Shown here: positions 45,430 to 53,865 of the stretch, one piece after another
How the letters are laid out: each line of letters begins with the position of its first letter
Position numbering within the stretch: the stretch's first letter is position 1
NCBI GenBank assembly: GCA_045563135.1
Contig: JBJKUL010000001.1
Span: 598,650-662,649, forward strand
Direction: 5' to 3'
Length of the DNA stretch: 64,000 nt
DNA from: Candidatus Actinomarina sp.
Lineage (GTDB): Bacteria; Actinomycetota; Acidimicrobiia; Actinomarinales; Actinomarinaceae
Position numbers and translations under genes: made by a program
Notes under the pieces: generated by a model
The model's input: the letters and a program-made list of their open reading frames with translations, nothing else
Databases searched by the model: none
Told to the model about the DNA's origin: nothing

Positions 45430-45483
45430 GTTATTTTTGATTATTAAGTAAAACATCAAATAGAACACTATCATTTCTTATTA

Positions 45484-46431
45484 ATGATTACTGCTATATT
45501 AAACCCTGCTTTAATTGTCTTTATCTCAGGAATACTTCTTGGGAGAATTTTTAAAAGCATCGCTCCACCTCCATTCATTTCTAAATATCTTGGTTACTTT
45601 CTCCTCTTGGGCTTAGGGTTAAAAGGAGGATACAGCCTTCAACAAACTGGATTCATTAGTGATGTGGTTAACGTGCTTACACTTGGAGTCTTTTTTGCAT
45701 TGCTAGTGCCCATCGCAGCTTACCTATATTTAAAAAGAATATTGAATGATGATGATGCTGCAGCCTTATCAGGAACTTATGGCTCAGTAAGTGCCGTTAC
45801 GTTTGTTACGGCAAATACGTATCTGCTAGCTAGTTCTCAAGATTACGATAACTACATGTCTGCTGTTCTAGTAGTGATGGAGTTTCCAGCGATATTCATG
45901 GCATTATATTTAGTTACGCAAAACAGTTCACAACAATCAGAAAGTAAAGTACAAACACTTAAAACTGCTTTTTTAGAAATACCTAATATAGTTCTATTAT
46001 CATCTTTAATATTTGCGTATAATTTCAGATTTAAGAATTTAGATATATTTAATTTAATTACTAAAAATATTTTTGATGTTGTTTTAATTATATTTCTATT
46101 TGTAATGGGTTTGAGGGTATCAAAAAGAATGAGTGAGCTATCGGGTAAAGGAAGTAAGCTTATAGGATTTGCCTTAATAACACCTATAACTGGCTCACTA
46201 ATTGCATTAATTTTCTCCTCATACTTCGGATTAAGTGTTGGAAATGCAACTCTTCTTATGGTTTTAACTGCGAGTGCTAGTTATATTGCTGTGCCAGCAG
46301 TTGTAAAAGATGCAATCCCCAATGCTAATCCTGCAATATATCTTGGTTTAAGCCTTGGGGTAACTTTTCCATTCAATGTGATTTTTGGAATACCTTTATA
46401 CAATCAGTTGGCAATATACTTCTTAAATTAA
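45484..46431 (+). CDS. Sodium-dependent bicarbonate transporter-like (Sbt/DUF897) permease
   Basis: It is a polytopic membrane protein of about 315 aa, with LLLGLGLKGG near the N-terminus as in the family. The assignment is from memory. Confidence 0.55.
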   Translation: MITAILNPALIVFISGILLGRIFKSIAPPPFISKYLGYFLLLGLGLKGGYSLQQTGFISDVVNVLTLGVFFALLVPIAAYLYLKRILNDDDAAALSGTYGSVSAVTFVTANTYLLASSQDYDNYMSAVLVVMEFPAIFMALYLVTQNSSQQSESKVQTLKTAFLEIPNIVLLSSLIFAYNFRFKNLDIFNLITKNIFDVVLIIFLFVMGLRVSKRMSELSGKGSKLIGFALITPITGSLIALIFSSYFGLSVGNATLLMVLTASASYIAVPAVVKDAIPNANPAIYLGLSLGVTFPFNVIFGIPLYNQLAIYFLN

Positions 46432-46433
46432 TA

Positions 46434-47141
46434 TTAAAGTAAATAACCGCCGTCAATAGTTACTACTTCACCGGTTATCCATGAAGCTTCCTCGCTAGAT
46501 AAGAAATACATCAAATTAGAAATATCTTCTGGAGTGCCTAATTTTTTTAACGCATGTAGGTCGGCAGTAGCTTGTTCATCATTCTCCCACAGCATCTCAG
46601 ATAGTTTAGTTTTAACAACGGCAGGAGCAATTCCATTCACTCGTATGTTTGGGGCTAATTCTTTAGCTAATTGTTTAGTCATATAAATTAGTCCTGCTTT
46701 CGAAATATTATAAGCTCCCATATATGATGCTGGCTTTATACCTCCAACAGAAGCAACATTTAAAATTGATTCCTTTAAACCAGCCTTTACAGCTGCTCTA
46801 GCCCAAAGTAACGGTCCAAGAAGATTTACATCCCATGTTTTTTGGATTCTGGATATATCGACATCCATCAAGTATCCACCTGATGGATTTGTACCTGCGT
46901 TATTGATAAGAACATCTAGTGAACTTGTTTCCTTGATAATCGCATTACAGGTTTCGTTTGCTGCTTCTTCACTGTCAGCATTTGCAACAAAACCTTTTAG
47001 CTGCGAGTGTTCACCTAATACCTCTGCAAGATTTTCTTCTTTTCTTGAGGTGATGTATACATTCCAATTATTTTCTGAAAATCTTAATGCGGTTGCGAGT
47101 CCTATTCCTCTAGTGCCACCTGTAATTAAAATCGTTTTCAT
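46434..47141 (-). CDS. SDR family oxidoreductase (FabG-like)
   Basis: Motifs are TGGTRGIGLA, NNAG, and the catalytic YNISK. Confidence 0.8.
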   Translation of the reverse strand: MKTILITGGTRGIGLATALRFSENNWNVYITSRKEENLAEVLGEHSQLKGFVANADSEEAANETCNAIIKETSSLDVLINNAGTNPSGGYLMDVDISRIQKTWDVNLLGPLLWARAAVKAGLKESILNVASVGGIKPASYMGAYNISKAGLIYMTKQLAKELAPNIRVNGIAPAVVKTKLSEMLWENDEQATADLHALKKLGTPEDISNLMYFLSSEEASWITGEVVTIDGGYLL

Positions 47142-47193
47142 TATTGTTCAATTATAGTAGTTATTTTCAGATCCAGTTACAGTTGTATAACTT

Positions 47194-48423
47194 ATGAAAA
47201 ATCTCGATAAATACATTCAAATAATTACGACAAATAAAGATTTTCAAAAGTTATTTGCGGCAAGACTAATAACACTGGGTGGTGATTGGTTACTTACAGT
47301 TCCATTACTTGGGATTATTTATGAGCTAACCGAAAATCCCTTAATCACATCACTAGTTCTTGTTGTGCAGAGTGCTCCTTTATTTTTTTTGGGTAGCTTT
47401 GGTGGATACCTTGCAGATAAATATGACAGGAAGAAAATAATTGCTATCTCTGAATTTTTATCTGGTGTAGTAGTGTTACTAATTCTCTTTGCAGTAAATA
47501 CAGAAAACGTAGTATTTATATTATTTTCCTTTGGAATGCTTTCAGTTGTTAGTGCAGCTTATATGCCAACATCGGACGCAGCGTTACCAAACGTTGTTGA
47601 AAAAGATTATCTTGCAGAAGCAAATGTAATTTTCTTTTCTAGTTGGGGAATAATGGCTGGACTCGGAGCAGGTATTGGAGGATATTTAACTACTGTTGTC
47701 AGCAGGGATACTTTATTCACAATAGATTTCCTAACCTTTGTTATCTCGGCATTTATCGTGTTTTCAATTAAAAAAGACTTAAGTGAACAGGGAGAATCCA
47801 AGTCTGACGAGGTAACAATAAATTTTATTGATGGGATGAAATACGTTCTTTCAAGAAAAGAGATACTGTCGTTAGTAATTACAAAAGCTACATTTAGTAT
47901 TTCTGCGAGCGGCTTATTGTCTCTCTTTACTGTTCTTTCATATGAAATATATAAAACTGGTGACTATGGAACAGGACTTATGTTTGGAGCTAGAGGAATC
48001 GGTGCATTAATTGGACCAATTATAATTAGATACTTTTTTGGAAGTACTGATGGTAAGTTATTAAATACAATAGGTATAACAATCATGGCGTGGGGATTGT
48101 TTTATTTTTTTATTTCCTTCTCAGCATCTGTATATCTAACAGTATTTTTATTAATACTAGGTCACTCAGGTGGTGGATCTCAGTGGGCTTTTTCCACATA
48201 TGGTTTACAGGTTTTAACACCTGATAATCTACGTGGAAGAATTGCTGGTATTGATTACTCACTTTATTTTTTTATGAATACAATTTCAACACTTATGATC
48301 GGATACTTAGCAACAGTTTATGGTGTATTGTTTGTATTTAAACTCTTCCCTGTTTTAGGATTTATATTTGGTTTTGTATGGTTTTTATCTACAAGAAGTA
48401 TCTGGAACAAATTAGAAACATAA
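47194..48423 (+). CDS. MFS transporter
   Basis: It has about 12 TM segments and the motif GGYLADKYDRKK, a typical MFS loop 2-3. Confidence 0.8.
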   Translation: MKNLDKYIQIITTNKDFQKLFAARLITLGGDWLLTVPLLGIIYELTENPLITSLVLVVQSAPLFFLGSFGGYLADKYDRKKIIAISEFLSGVVVLLILFAVNTENVVFILFSFGMLSVVSAAYMPTSDAALPNVVEKDYLAEANVIFFSSWGIMAGLGAGIGGYLTTVVSRDTLFTIDFLTFVISAFIVFSIKKDLSEQGESKSDEVTINFIDGMKYVLSRKEILSLVITKATFSISASGLLSLFTVLSYEIYKTGDYGTGLMFGARGIGALIGPIIIRYFFGSTDGKLLNTIGITIMAWGLFYFFISFSASVYLTVFLLILGHSGGGSQWAFSTYGLQVLTPDNLRGRIAGIDYSLYFFMNTISTLMIGYLATVYGVLFVFKLFPVLGFIFGFVWFLSTRSIWNKLET

Positions 48424-48511
48424 AAATAAAATTATTTATCTTTTTAACAAATTTTTTACTCCTACACTATTGTTATAGCTTTTAAATTCCGGACAGAATT
48501 TTTAAGCTTGT

Positions 48512-48545
48512 AAAAGAGGGGTAGTCAAGTCACCCCTCTTTTTTT
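48512..48545. terminator. Bidirectional intrinsic terminator between the MFS gene and umuC
   Basis: AAAAGAGGGGT-AGTCAAGTC-ACCCCTCTTTTTTT has an A-run and a T-run on either side. Confidence 0.65.
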
Positions 48546-48568
48546 ATTTATCTAGATAAAGTCTTTCA

Positions 48569-49834
48569 TTACTTAACAATTGGTAAATCTTTAAGATTTG
48601 TTGTGTAGGCCCCAGACTTTCTATCTGCTCTCATTCTCCAATTCTTCTGTATCCCCTGTGCTCCAAGCATCAATGCACCTGATCCGTACTGCTTGTTCAC
48701 TGCATCTAGAGACTTCATGACGGTGTCTGATTTACTGTAGTTTTCACTATCTAGAAGACTACCCTGTTCATTTTTTGCATCTGAAATATTCAAAAGCATC
48801 ACTCCAATTTTCTGATACTCATACCCTGGAAGAAATAATTTGTTCGTAAGTCTTTTTGCTTCTTTTATTATTTTTGAGGTATTGCTTGTTGGGATAGAGA
48901 AATGAGTGCTCATACCATTGCTGTACTGTTTGTCCTTTTCTATATGCGGACTTGTTCTTAGAAATACATATAACCCTTGTGCTCTTGAGTTTTGTTGTCT
49001 TAACTTTTCGCACGCTCGTGCTGTATAGTTTGATACTGCTTCTTCTAGCTCTTGAACACGGGAGACCTTTTTCCCGAAGGACTTTGATGAAATAATATTT
49101 TTTTTATTTTTTACTTCCTCTATCCCTATGCAAGATAAGCCATTTAGTTCATAATGAATTCTCTCTCCTACAATGCTTATTGTCTTTCTAACATGTCTTG
49201 GATTTGCTTCAACTAAATCCTGTGCAGTCTCTATCCCAATTTTTCTTAATCTCCTACCCCATCTTGTTGAGATTCCCCATATTTCTTCTAGGGGGAGATC
49301 TCTTAATATATCTTTTTTTACTTCTAAATTCCTTATATCAAATACATTTTCCGTGGTGTATTTCTTGGCCTGTCTATTCGCAATTTTTGCTAATGTTTTT
49401 GAAGATCCTATCCCAATAGAAACTGGTATCCCCGTCCATTGTTTTATTAGATTTTTAATTTCTTTTGCTGTCTCTTCTAGGTCACAGTAAGCAAAACTGC
49501 TTATATCTAAGAAAGCCTCATCGATAGAGTAAATCTCTATCTCATCAACTAACGACCTTAAGGAGGTCATTACTCTTGCTGACATATCTCCATAAAAAGT
49601 GTAGTTAGACGAAAATACATGAACGTTGTTTCTATTAATTAGCTGCTTATATTTAAAAAATGGTGCTCCCATAGGGATACCTAGAGCTTTTGCTTCATTT
49701 GATCTAGCAATGATGCATCCATCATTATTAGAAAGCACCACAATAGGCTTTCCCTCTAGCTTGGGATTAAAGACCCTTTCACAGGAAGCGTAAAAATTAT
49801 TACAGTCAACTAAGGCAAAAATTTTATTGTTCAT
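48569..49834 (-). CDS. umuC: Y-family DNA polymerase, UmuC-like (Pol V catalytic subunit type)
   Basis: The N-terminus FALVDCNNFYASCERVFNPKLEGKPIVVLSNNDGCIIARSNEAKALGIPMG closely parallels E. coli UmuC as I recall it. The protein is 421 aa. Confidence 0.85.
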   Translation of the reverse strand: MNNKIFALVDCNNFYASCERVFNPKLEGKPIVVLSNNDGCIIARSNEAKALGIPMGAPFFKYKQLINRNNVHVFSSNYTFYGDMSARVMTSLRSLVDEIEIYSIDEAFLDISSFAYCDLEETAKEIKNLIKQWTGIPVSIGIGSSKTLAKIANRQAKKYTTENVFDIRNLEVKKDILRDLPLEEIWGISTRWGRRLRKIGIETAQDLVEANPRHVRKTISIVGERIHYELNGLSCIGIEEVKNKKNIISSKSFGKKVSRVQELEEAVSNYTARACEKLRQQNSRAQGLYVFLRTSPHIEKDKQYSNGMSTHFSIPTSNTSKIIKEAKRLTNKLFLPGYEYQKIGVMLLNISDAKNEQGSLLDSENYSKSDTVMKSLDAVNKQYGSGALMLGAQGIQKNWRMRADRKSGAYTTNLKDLPIVK

Positions 49835-49848
49835 TCACTTACTCCTTT

Positions 49849-49866
49849 GAATACTGTACACTATTC
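49849..49866. promoter_or_regulatory. 18-nt near-perfect palindrome in the umuC / umuD-like divergent promoter
   Basis: GAATAcTGTACAcTATTC has 16 of 18 positions symmetric. It is centred in the 54-nt gap between the two start codons and does not fit the GAAC-N4-GTTC boxes seen at recA and lexA. Confidence 0.45.
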
Positions 49867-49888
49867 TAAAGAAAAAGAAAGACATTTT

Positions 49889-50404
49889 ATGCCTAGAGGT
49901 GGTGCACGAAAAGGAGCTGGAAGGCCTAAGGGTCTCGGCAAGTATGGAGAAAAAACTACTGCCATGAGGATACCTTTAAGCAAAGTTCAGTATGTTTCAG
50001 AAATTGTAAACAAAGGTCTTCATGAGATTCCTTTGTATGCAAACAGTGTCTCGGCTGGATTCCCCTCTCCCGCAGATGATTACCTTGAAGAAAAGGTAGA
50101 TCTTAATCAGTATCTAGTAAAGCATCCAGCGTCTACTTTTCTTGTTCGAGCATCTGGGGAATCTATGATTAATGCAGGAATTTTTCCAAAAGACATACTT
50201 GTTGTTGATAGGAGTTTAAAAGCAGAAAATGGAAAAGTAGTCATTGCCGTTGTTGATGGTGAGCTTACTGTTAAGAGATATGTTAAAAAAGGAAAGAATA
50301 TCTTATTGAAGCCTGAGAATGATTCTTTTGATCCAATTGTTATTAATGATGACAGTGAAGCATATATCTGGGGTGTTGTTACAAACGTTATCCACAACCT
50401 GTAA
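49889..50404 (+). CDS. umuD: UmuD-like S24 autopeptidase with an N-terminal basic AT-hook-like extension
   Basis: It contains VSAGFPSPADDY (Ala-Gly cleavage site), GESM (Ser), TVKRY (Lys), and an N-terminal PRGGARKGAGRPKGLGK. The start is set at the ATG at 49889 rather than the ORF-track TTG at 49847, which would cover the palindrome. Confidence 0.8.
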   Translation: MPRGGARKGAGRPKGLGKYGEKTTAMRIPLSKVQYVSEIVNKGLHEIPLYANSVSAGFPSPADDYLEEKVDLNQYLVKHPASTFLVRASGESMINAGIFPKDILVVDRSLKAENGKVVIAVVDGELTVKRYVKKGKNILLKPENDSFDPIVINDDSEAYIWGVVTNVIHNL

Positions 50405-50413
50405 GATAGCAAT

Positions 50414-51310
50414 ATGGAAATACTTAGAAATAAAGATAGCGATTTTGCAGAGATAGTTGATTGGAAGTATGAACCAAAATTCGAACCAATTAATACTGAA
50501 TATGGGGAATTAAATATTCATTATATTGATGAAGGATCGGAAAATGCCAAAACAGTTTTACTACTTCATGGTGAACCTACCTGGGGATATTTATATCGAA
50601 AATTTGTAGATCCATTAGTAGCCAACGGTTTGCGAGTAATAGTTCCTGATTTACCTGGTTTCGGGAAGTCAGATAAGCTTTCTGAACGCGATGGTTACAC
50701 TTATGAAAAATATGTTGATTGGATGAACATTTGGTTGAATAACCTAAATTTAAATCAGGTAACTCTTTTTGGTCAAGACTGGGGTGGGCTGATTGGCTTA
50801 AGGTTAGTTGTAAAAAATCAAGAAAGATTTAGCAGTGTAGTTGTTTCTAATACTGGATTACCAACCGGTGAAAGACCCCTTGGTGAGGCCTTTGAATCTT
50901 GGCGAAATTATTCTCAGACTGTGGAGAATTTTCACATCGGAGGAATAGTTAAAGGTGGAAGTGAAAGTGAATTAGATCAATTAACTATAGATGCATATAA
51001 TGCACCATTTCCTAATGATTCGTTCAAGGAAGCGGCAAGACAATTTCCATTACTGGTACCAGATAGTATTAAAAATCCTAGTTACGCGTATAACGTAGAG
51101 GCATGGAAAGAATTAAAAAAATGGGAAAAACCTTTCTTGTGTGCTTTTAGTGATAAAGATCATATCTTCAAAGGTGTAGAAAATTCATTCATCAAACACA
51201 TACCTGGAGCAGATGGAATGAACCATGTTGTAATCAAAGATGCTGGACACTTTCTGCAAGAGGATAAACCTCAAGAGTGTGTTGAAGCCATATTAAGCGT
51301 TATTGATTAA
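50414..51310 (+). CDS. Haloalkane dehalogenase-like alpha/beta hydrolase (HLD-I type)
   Basis: It has LLLHGEPTWGYLYRKF, PDLPGFGKSDK, the nucleophile elbow GQDWGG, and a C-terminal GHFLQED, as in DhlA-type dehalogenases. Confidence 0.8.
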   Translation: MEILRNKDSDFAEIVDWKYEPKFEPINTEYGELNIHYIDEGSENAKTVLLLHGEPTWGYLYRKFVDPLVANGLRVIVPDLPGFGKSDKLSERDGYTYEKYVDWMNIWLNNLNLNQVTLFGQDWGGLIGLRLVVKNQERFSSVVVSNTGLPTGERPLGEAFESWRNYSQTVENFHIGGIVKGGSESELDQLTIDAYNAPFPNDSFKEAARQFPLLVPDSIKNPSYAYNVEAWKELKKWEKPFLCAFSDKDHIFKGVENSFIKHIPGADGMNHVVIKDAGHFLQEDKPQECVEAILSVID

Positions 51311-51996
51311 CCAGCAGTCCCCCAACTGTTAAAACCAAGAAATTTCTGAGTTCCAGGTAGATACATACTTTGACTAACTTTTAATTCCAATTCACTGTTA
51401 TTGATTAACTTAAGGATATCTCTGTTTACATGACACCCTCCTGATATTTTAGGATAAAAAAACTCAATGAAATTCTGAAAGTTAGCAACTCTAGTGTCAG
51501 ATGATAAGCCATGTTCTGCAAAGTAAAATTTACCAGAAGACTTTAGCACTCGAGAAATTTCATTAAGAGCAATTTCCGGATTGGGTATGGAACATAGAGA
51601 GTAAGTACTTACAACAGTATCAAAACTATTATCTTCAAATGGTAATTCTTCAGCACTGCCTATCTGTAAATCTATAGATATATCTACAGATTTTGCATTT
51701 TCATAAGCAAGAACATGTAATTCCTGAGAAGGATCTATACCGTAGATTTTTTCAACATTTTCACCATTATATAACTTAAGATTTACACCAGATCCAAAAC
51801 CAATTTCAAGCACCTTGCCATACGCATTTGGTATTATTTTCTTCTTTTGGATTTGTATAGGTTTAGAACTACATGTCATATTTATAAGATGAGGAAGAAT
51901 TCTTTTTTCATAAAACTTTTTACTTAATAGCCGAATTATGGGAAATATAAAAAAAAGTAAAAAATTAGAAATTAAAAAAAATAAATATTTTTTCAT
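51307..51996 (-). CDS. Class I SAM-dependent methyltransferase with an N-terminal membrane anchor
   Basis: It has SAM motif I VLEIGFGSGVNL, the post-I/II region, and an N-terminal hydrophobic helix. Confidence 0.75.
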   Translation of the reverse strand: MKKYLFFLISNFLLFFIFPIIRLLSKKFYEKRILPHLINMTCSSKPIQIQKKKIIPNAYGKVLEIGFGSGVNLKLYNGENVEKIYGIDPSQELHVLAYENAKSVDISIDLQIGSAEELPFEDNSFDTVVSTYSLCSIPNPEIALNEISRVLKSSGKFYFAEHGLSSDTRVANFQNFIEFFYPKISGGCHVNRDILKLINNSELELKVSQSMYLPGTQKFLGFNSWGTAG

Positions 51997-52018
51997 AAAT
52001 AGAGATTATACATTATAT

Positions 52019-52525
52019 CTAGTGCCCACCTCTAGGCACACCTCCATATTTCATCCTTGTATCCCCCATATAGGCAATACGTTCATCGGTTTCCATTGTT
52101 TTGCAATCTACAACTTCACCAACATAGAGAGTGTGTGTCCCGTAATCGTGTACATTCTTTTTTCTAAGTTCAAACCATACAAGAGCATTATCAAATATTG
52201 GAACATTGTTTTCAGTGAGAGTTATGGGTTCCTTGTTTAAAAAGCCCTCTGTGTGTACTGCAGGTTTTGAAAATTTAACAAATACCTTTGTGTACTTTTC
52301 AGAAAATAAATTAATCGTAAAATAGTCACTATCTGACATTAATTTATGAGTTACGCTCTTATTGTCAATACCTACAGCTATAAGCAATGGGTTCATGTTT
52401 ATTTGAGTAATCCAACTTGCAGTCATTCCATTATATGAATTTTTACTACCTGAGCCAATAATTCCTAATGGGCTTGGAATCTTCCATGTAGCAACATTTA
52501 GCTCTTCATCTGAGACTTTGCTCAT
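52019..52525 (-). CDS. Flavin reductase-like (FMN-binding split barrel) protein
   Basis: It is 168 aa with MTASWITQINMNPLLIAVGI typical of the flavin reductase domain. Its start overlaps the radical SAM stop (ATGA). Confidence 0.75.
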   Translation of the reverse strand: MSKVSDEELNVATWKIPSPLGIIGSGSKNSYNGMTASWITQINMNPLLIAVGIDNKSVTHKLMSDSDYFTINLFSEKYTKVFVKFSKPAVHTEGFLNKEPITLTENNVPIFDNALVWFELRKKNVHDYGTHTLYVGEVVDCKTMETDERIAYMGDTRMKYGGVPRGGH

Positions 52526-53865
52526 ATTAAGGCCTTGTTTGATTTTATTCTCTCTAATTGAATCTTATTAGGCTCAGCACAACAGAACCATGTTTCTGAA
52601 AGTTTAGGAACTTTTCTTTTCTTATAGTTTCCAGATTTAAGAAGATTCTGCTTAGAATATTGTTCTATAATTTTAACTATTCCAAGATACTGTGCGTACT
52701 CATCCAATGATTCATTATGAAGAACATAAGTGAATAAATCATTTTGTAGTTTATCCATATCTGGAGACATATATCTCCATGAATATGAAAAAGATGATGG
52801 ATCATATTCCTCTAAGTAGTTATTAATATCGGGATCATTAAGTATTAAAGAGTTTTTAGGGACAAGTAATTTAATAGTAAGTTGAATTGGGTCTACCGTT
52901 TCTCTGAGTCTATATTCTTCAATCAACTTAATAATATTTGGTAAGTCTTGTTTTTCTGTCCACGGGGAAAAGGGCATCCAGGTTGGCCTTATGTCAATAC
53001 TGTGTGAAAGAGAAAACTCAACAGCACTATTTAAATCAAGTGATGAATGGTTTTTCTTTAAAATATTGAGGACCTTGTCATTTGTTGTCTCGAATGCTGA
53101 AATAACAAAAAGCATATTAAGGTTTTTTAGCTCTTTAAAATAATCAGGATATTTTAAAATATGTTCCACTTTAATAGTTGAATCATATGTTAGATCTGGA
53201 TGTTCAATATTTAGAGCCTCCAATATTTTCAAGGCATGTTTAGGTCCATTGAAAAAATCTGGATCATTAAATGAGATGTGCTTTGCACCGGCTTCAACCT
53301 GATTAGAGACATCTTTTAAGATTTTATCTGTACCAAATGTTTTGAATGTTCCATTAAATTCAATAGGTACCGGACAGTGGGTACATTCATGTTTACATCC
53401 ATAGGTAGTTTCAACTGAGCCTGCTATTAGATTATTTGAGCCATCAACAATATGAGAGTAGTCAGTTATAGAAGGAAGAACAGTTCTATCAGGAACGGAG
53501 TGCTTGAAAGAATACTCCTCATTGAGTTGGACATTTAATAAGGATTCCAAATCTGCATTATCTAAATTTTGAATTATTTCAAAGTTTTGAAACATTTCTT
53601 TAAATACTTTTGCATAGAGGCCAAAAACAAATAACTTATTTGGTAAATCTTTGTTGCGTAAGTATTCTTCTGCAAGAACAGAAGCTGTATGCATCGAAGC
53701 GTAAACACCCAAAGCATCATAATTTTTTAAATTTAGAGTTTTTTCTTCAACGGAATAATCAACAATGTCGATTTCGTTTGTACCATTATTTAGTTTTTGA
53801 TACAGCTCTGAAATTATTTTTGGCTGTTTTCCAAGATCATAAAAAGATAGGAGAAGAATCTTCAA
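52522..53865 (-). CDS. Radical SAM protein with B12-binding-like N-domain and C-terminal CCAEP tail
   Basis: It has the CxxxCxxC cluster GCKHECTHCP and a C-terminus ...SETWFCCAEPNKIQLER. I recall an NCBI family named for a CUAEP/CCAEP tail (Sec or Cys). This is the Cys form. Confidence 0.8.
   Translation of the reverse strand: MKILLLSFYDLGKQPKIISELYQKLNNGTNEIDIVDYSVEEKTLNLKNYDALGVYASMHTASVLAEEYLRNKDLPNKLFVFGLYAKVFKEMFQNFEIIQNLDNADLESLLNVQLNEEYSFKHSVPDRTVLPSITDYSHIVDGSNNLIAGSVETTYGCKHECTHCPVPIEFNGTFKTFGTDKILKDVSNQVEAGAKHISFNDPDFFNGPKHALKILEALNIEHPDLTYDSTIKVEHILKYPDYFKELKNLNMLFVISAFETTNDKVLNILKKNHSSLDLNSAVEFSLSHSIDIRPTWMPFSPWTEKQDLPNIIKLIEEYRLRETVDPIQLTIKLLVPKNSLILNDPDINNYLEEYDPSSFSYSWRYMSPDMDKLQNDLFTYVLHNESLDEYAQYLGIVKIIEQYSKQNLLKSGNYKKRKVPKLSETWFCCAEPNKIQLERIKSNKALI

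Noticed and set aside
49849-49868. An E. coli-type SOS box (CTGT-N8-ACAG) might lie at the umuD-like promoter.
   Set aside because: Only the left half (TACTGTA) matches, and the right half (CTAA) does not. The symmetric element actually present is GAATA-N8-TATTC.
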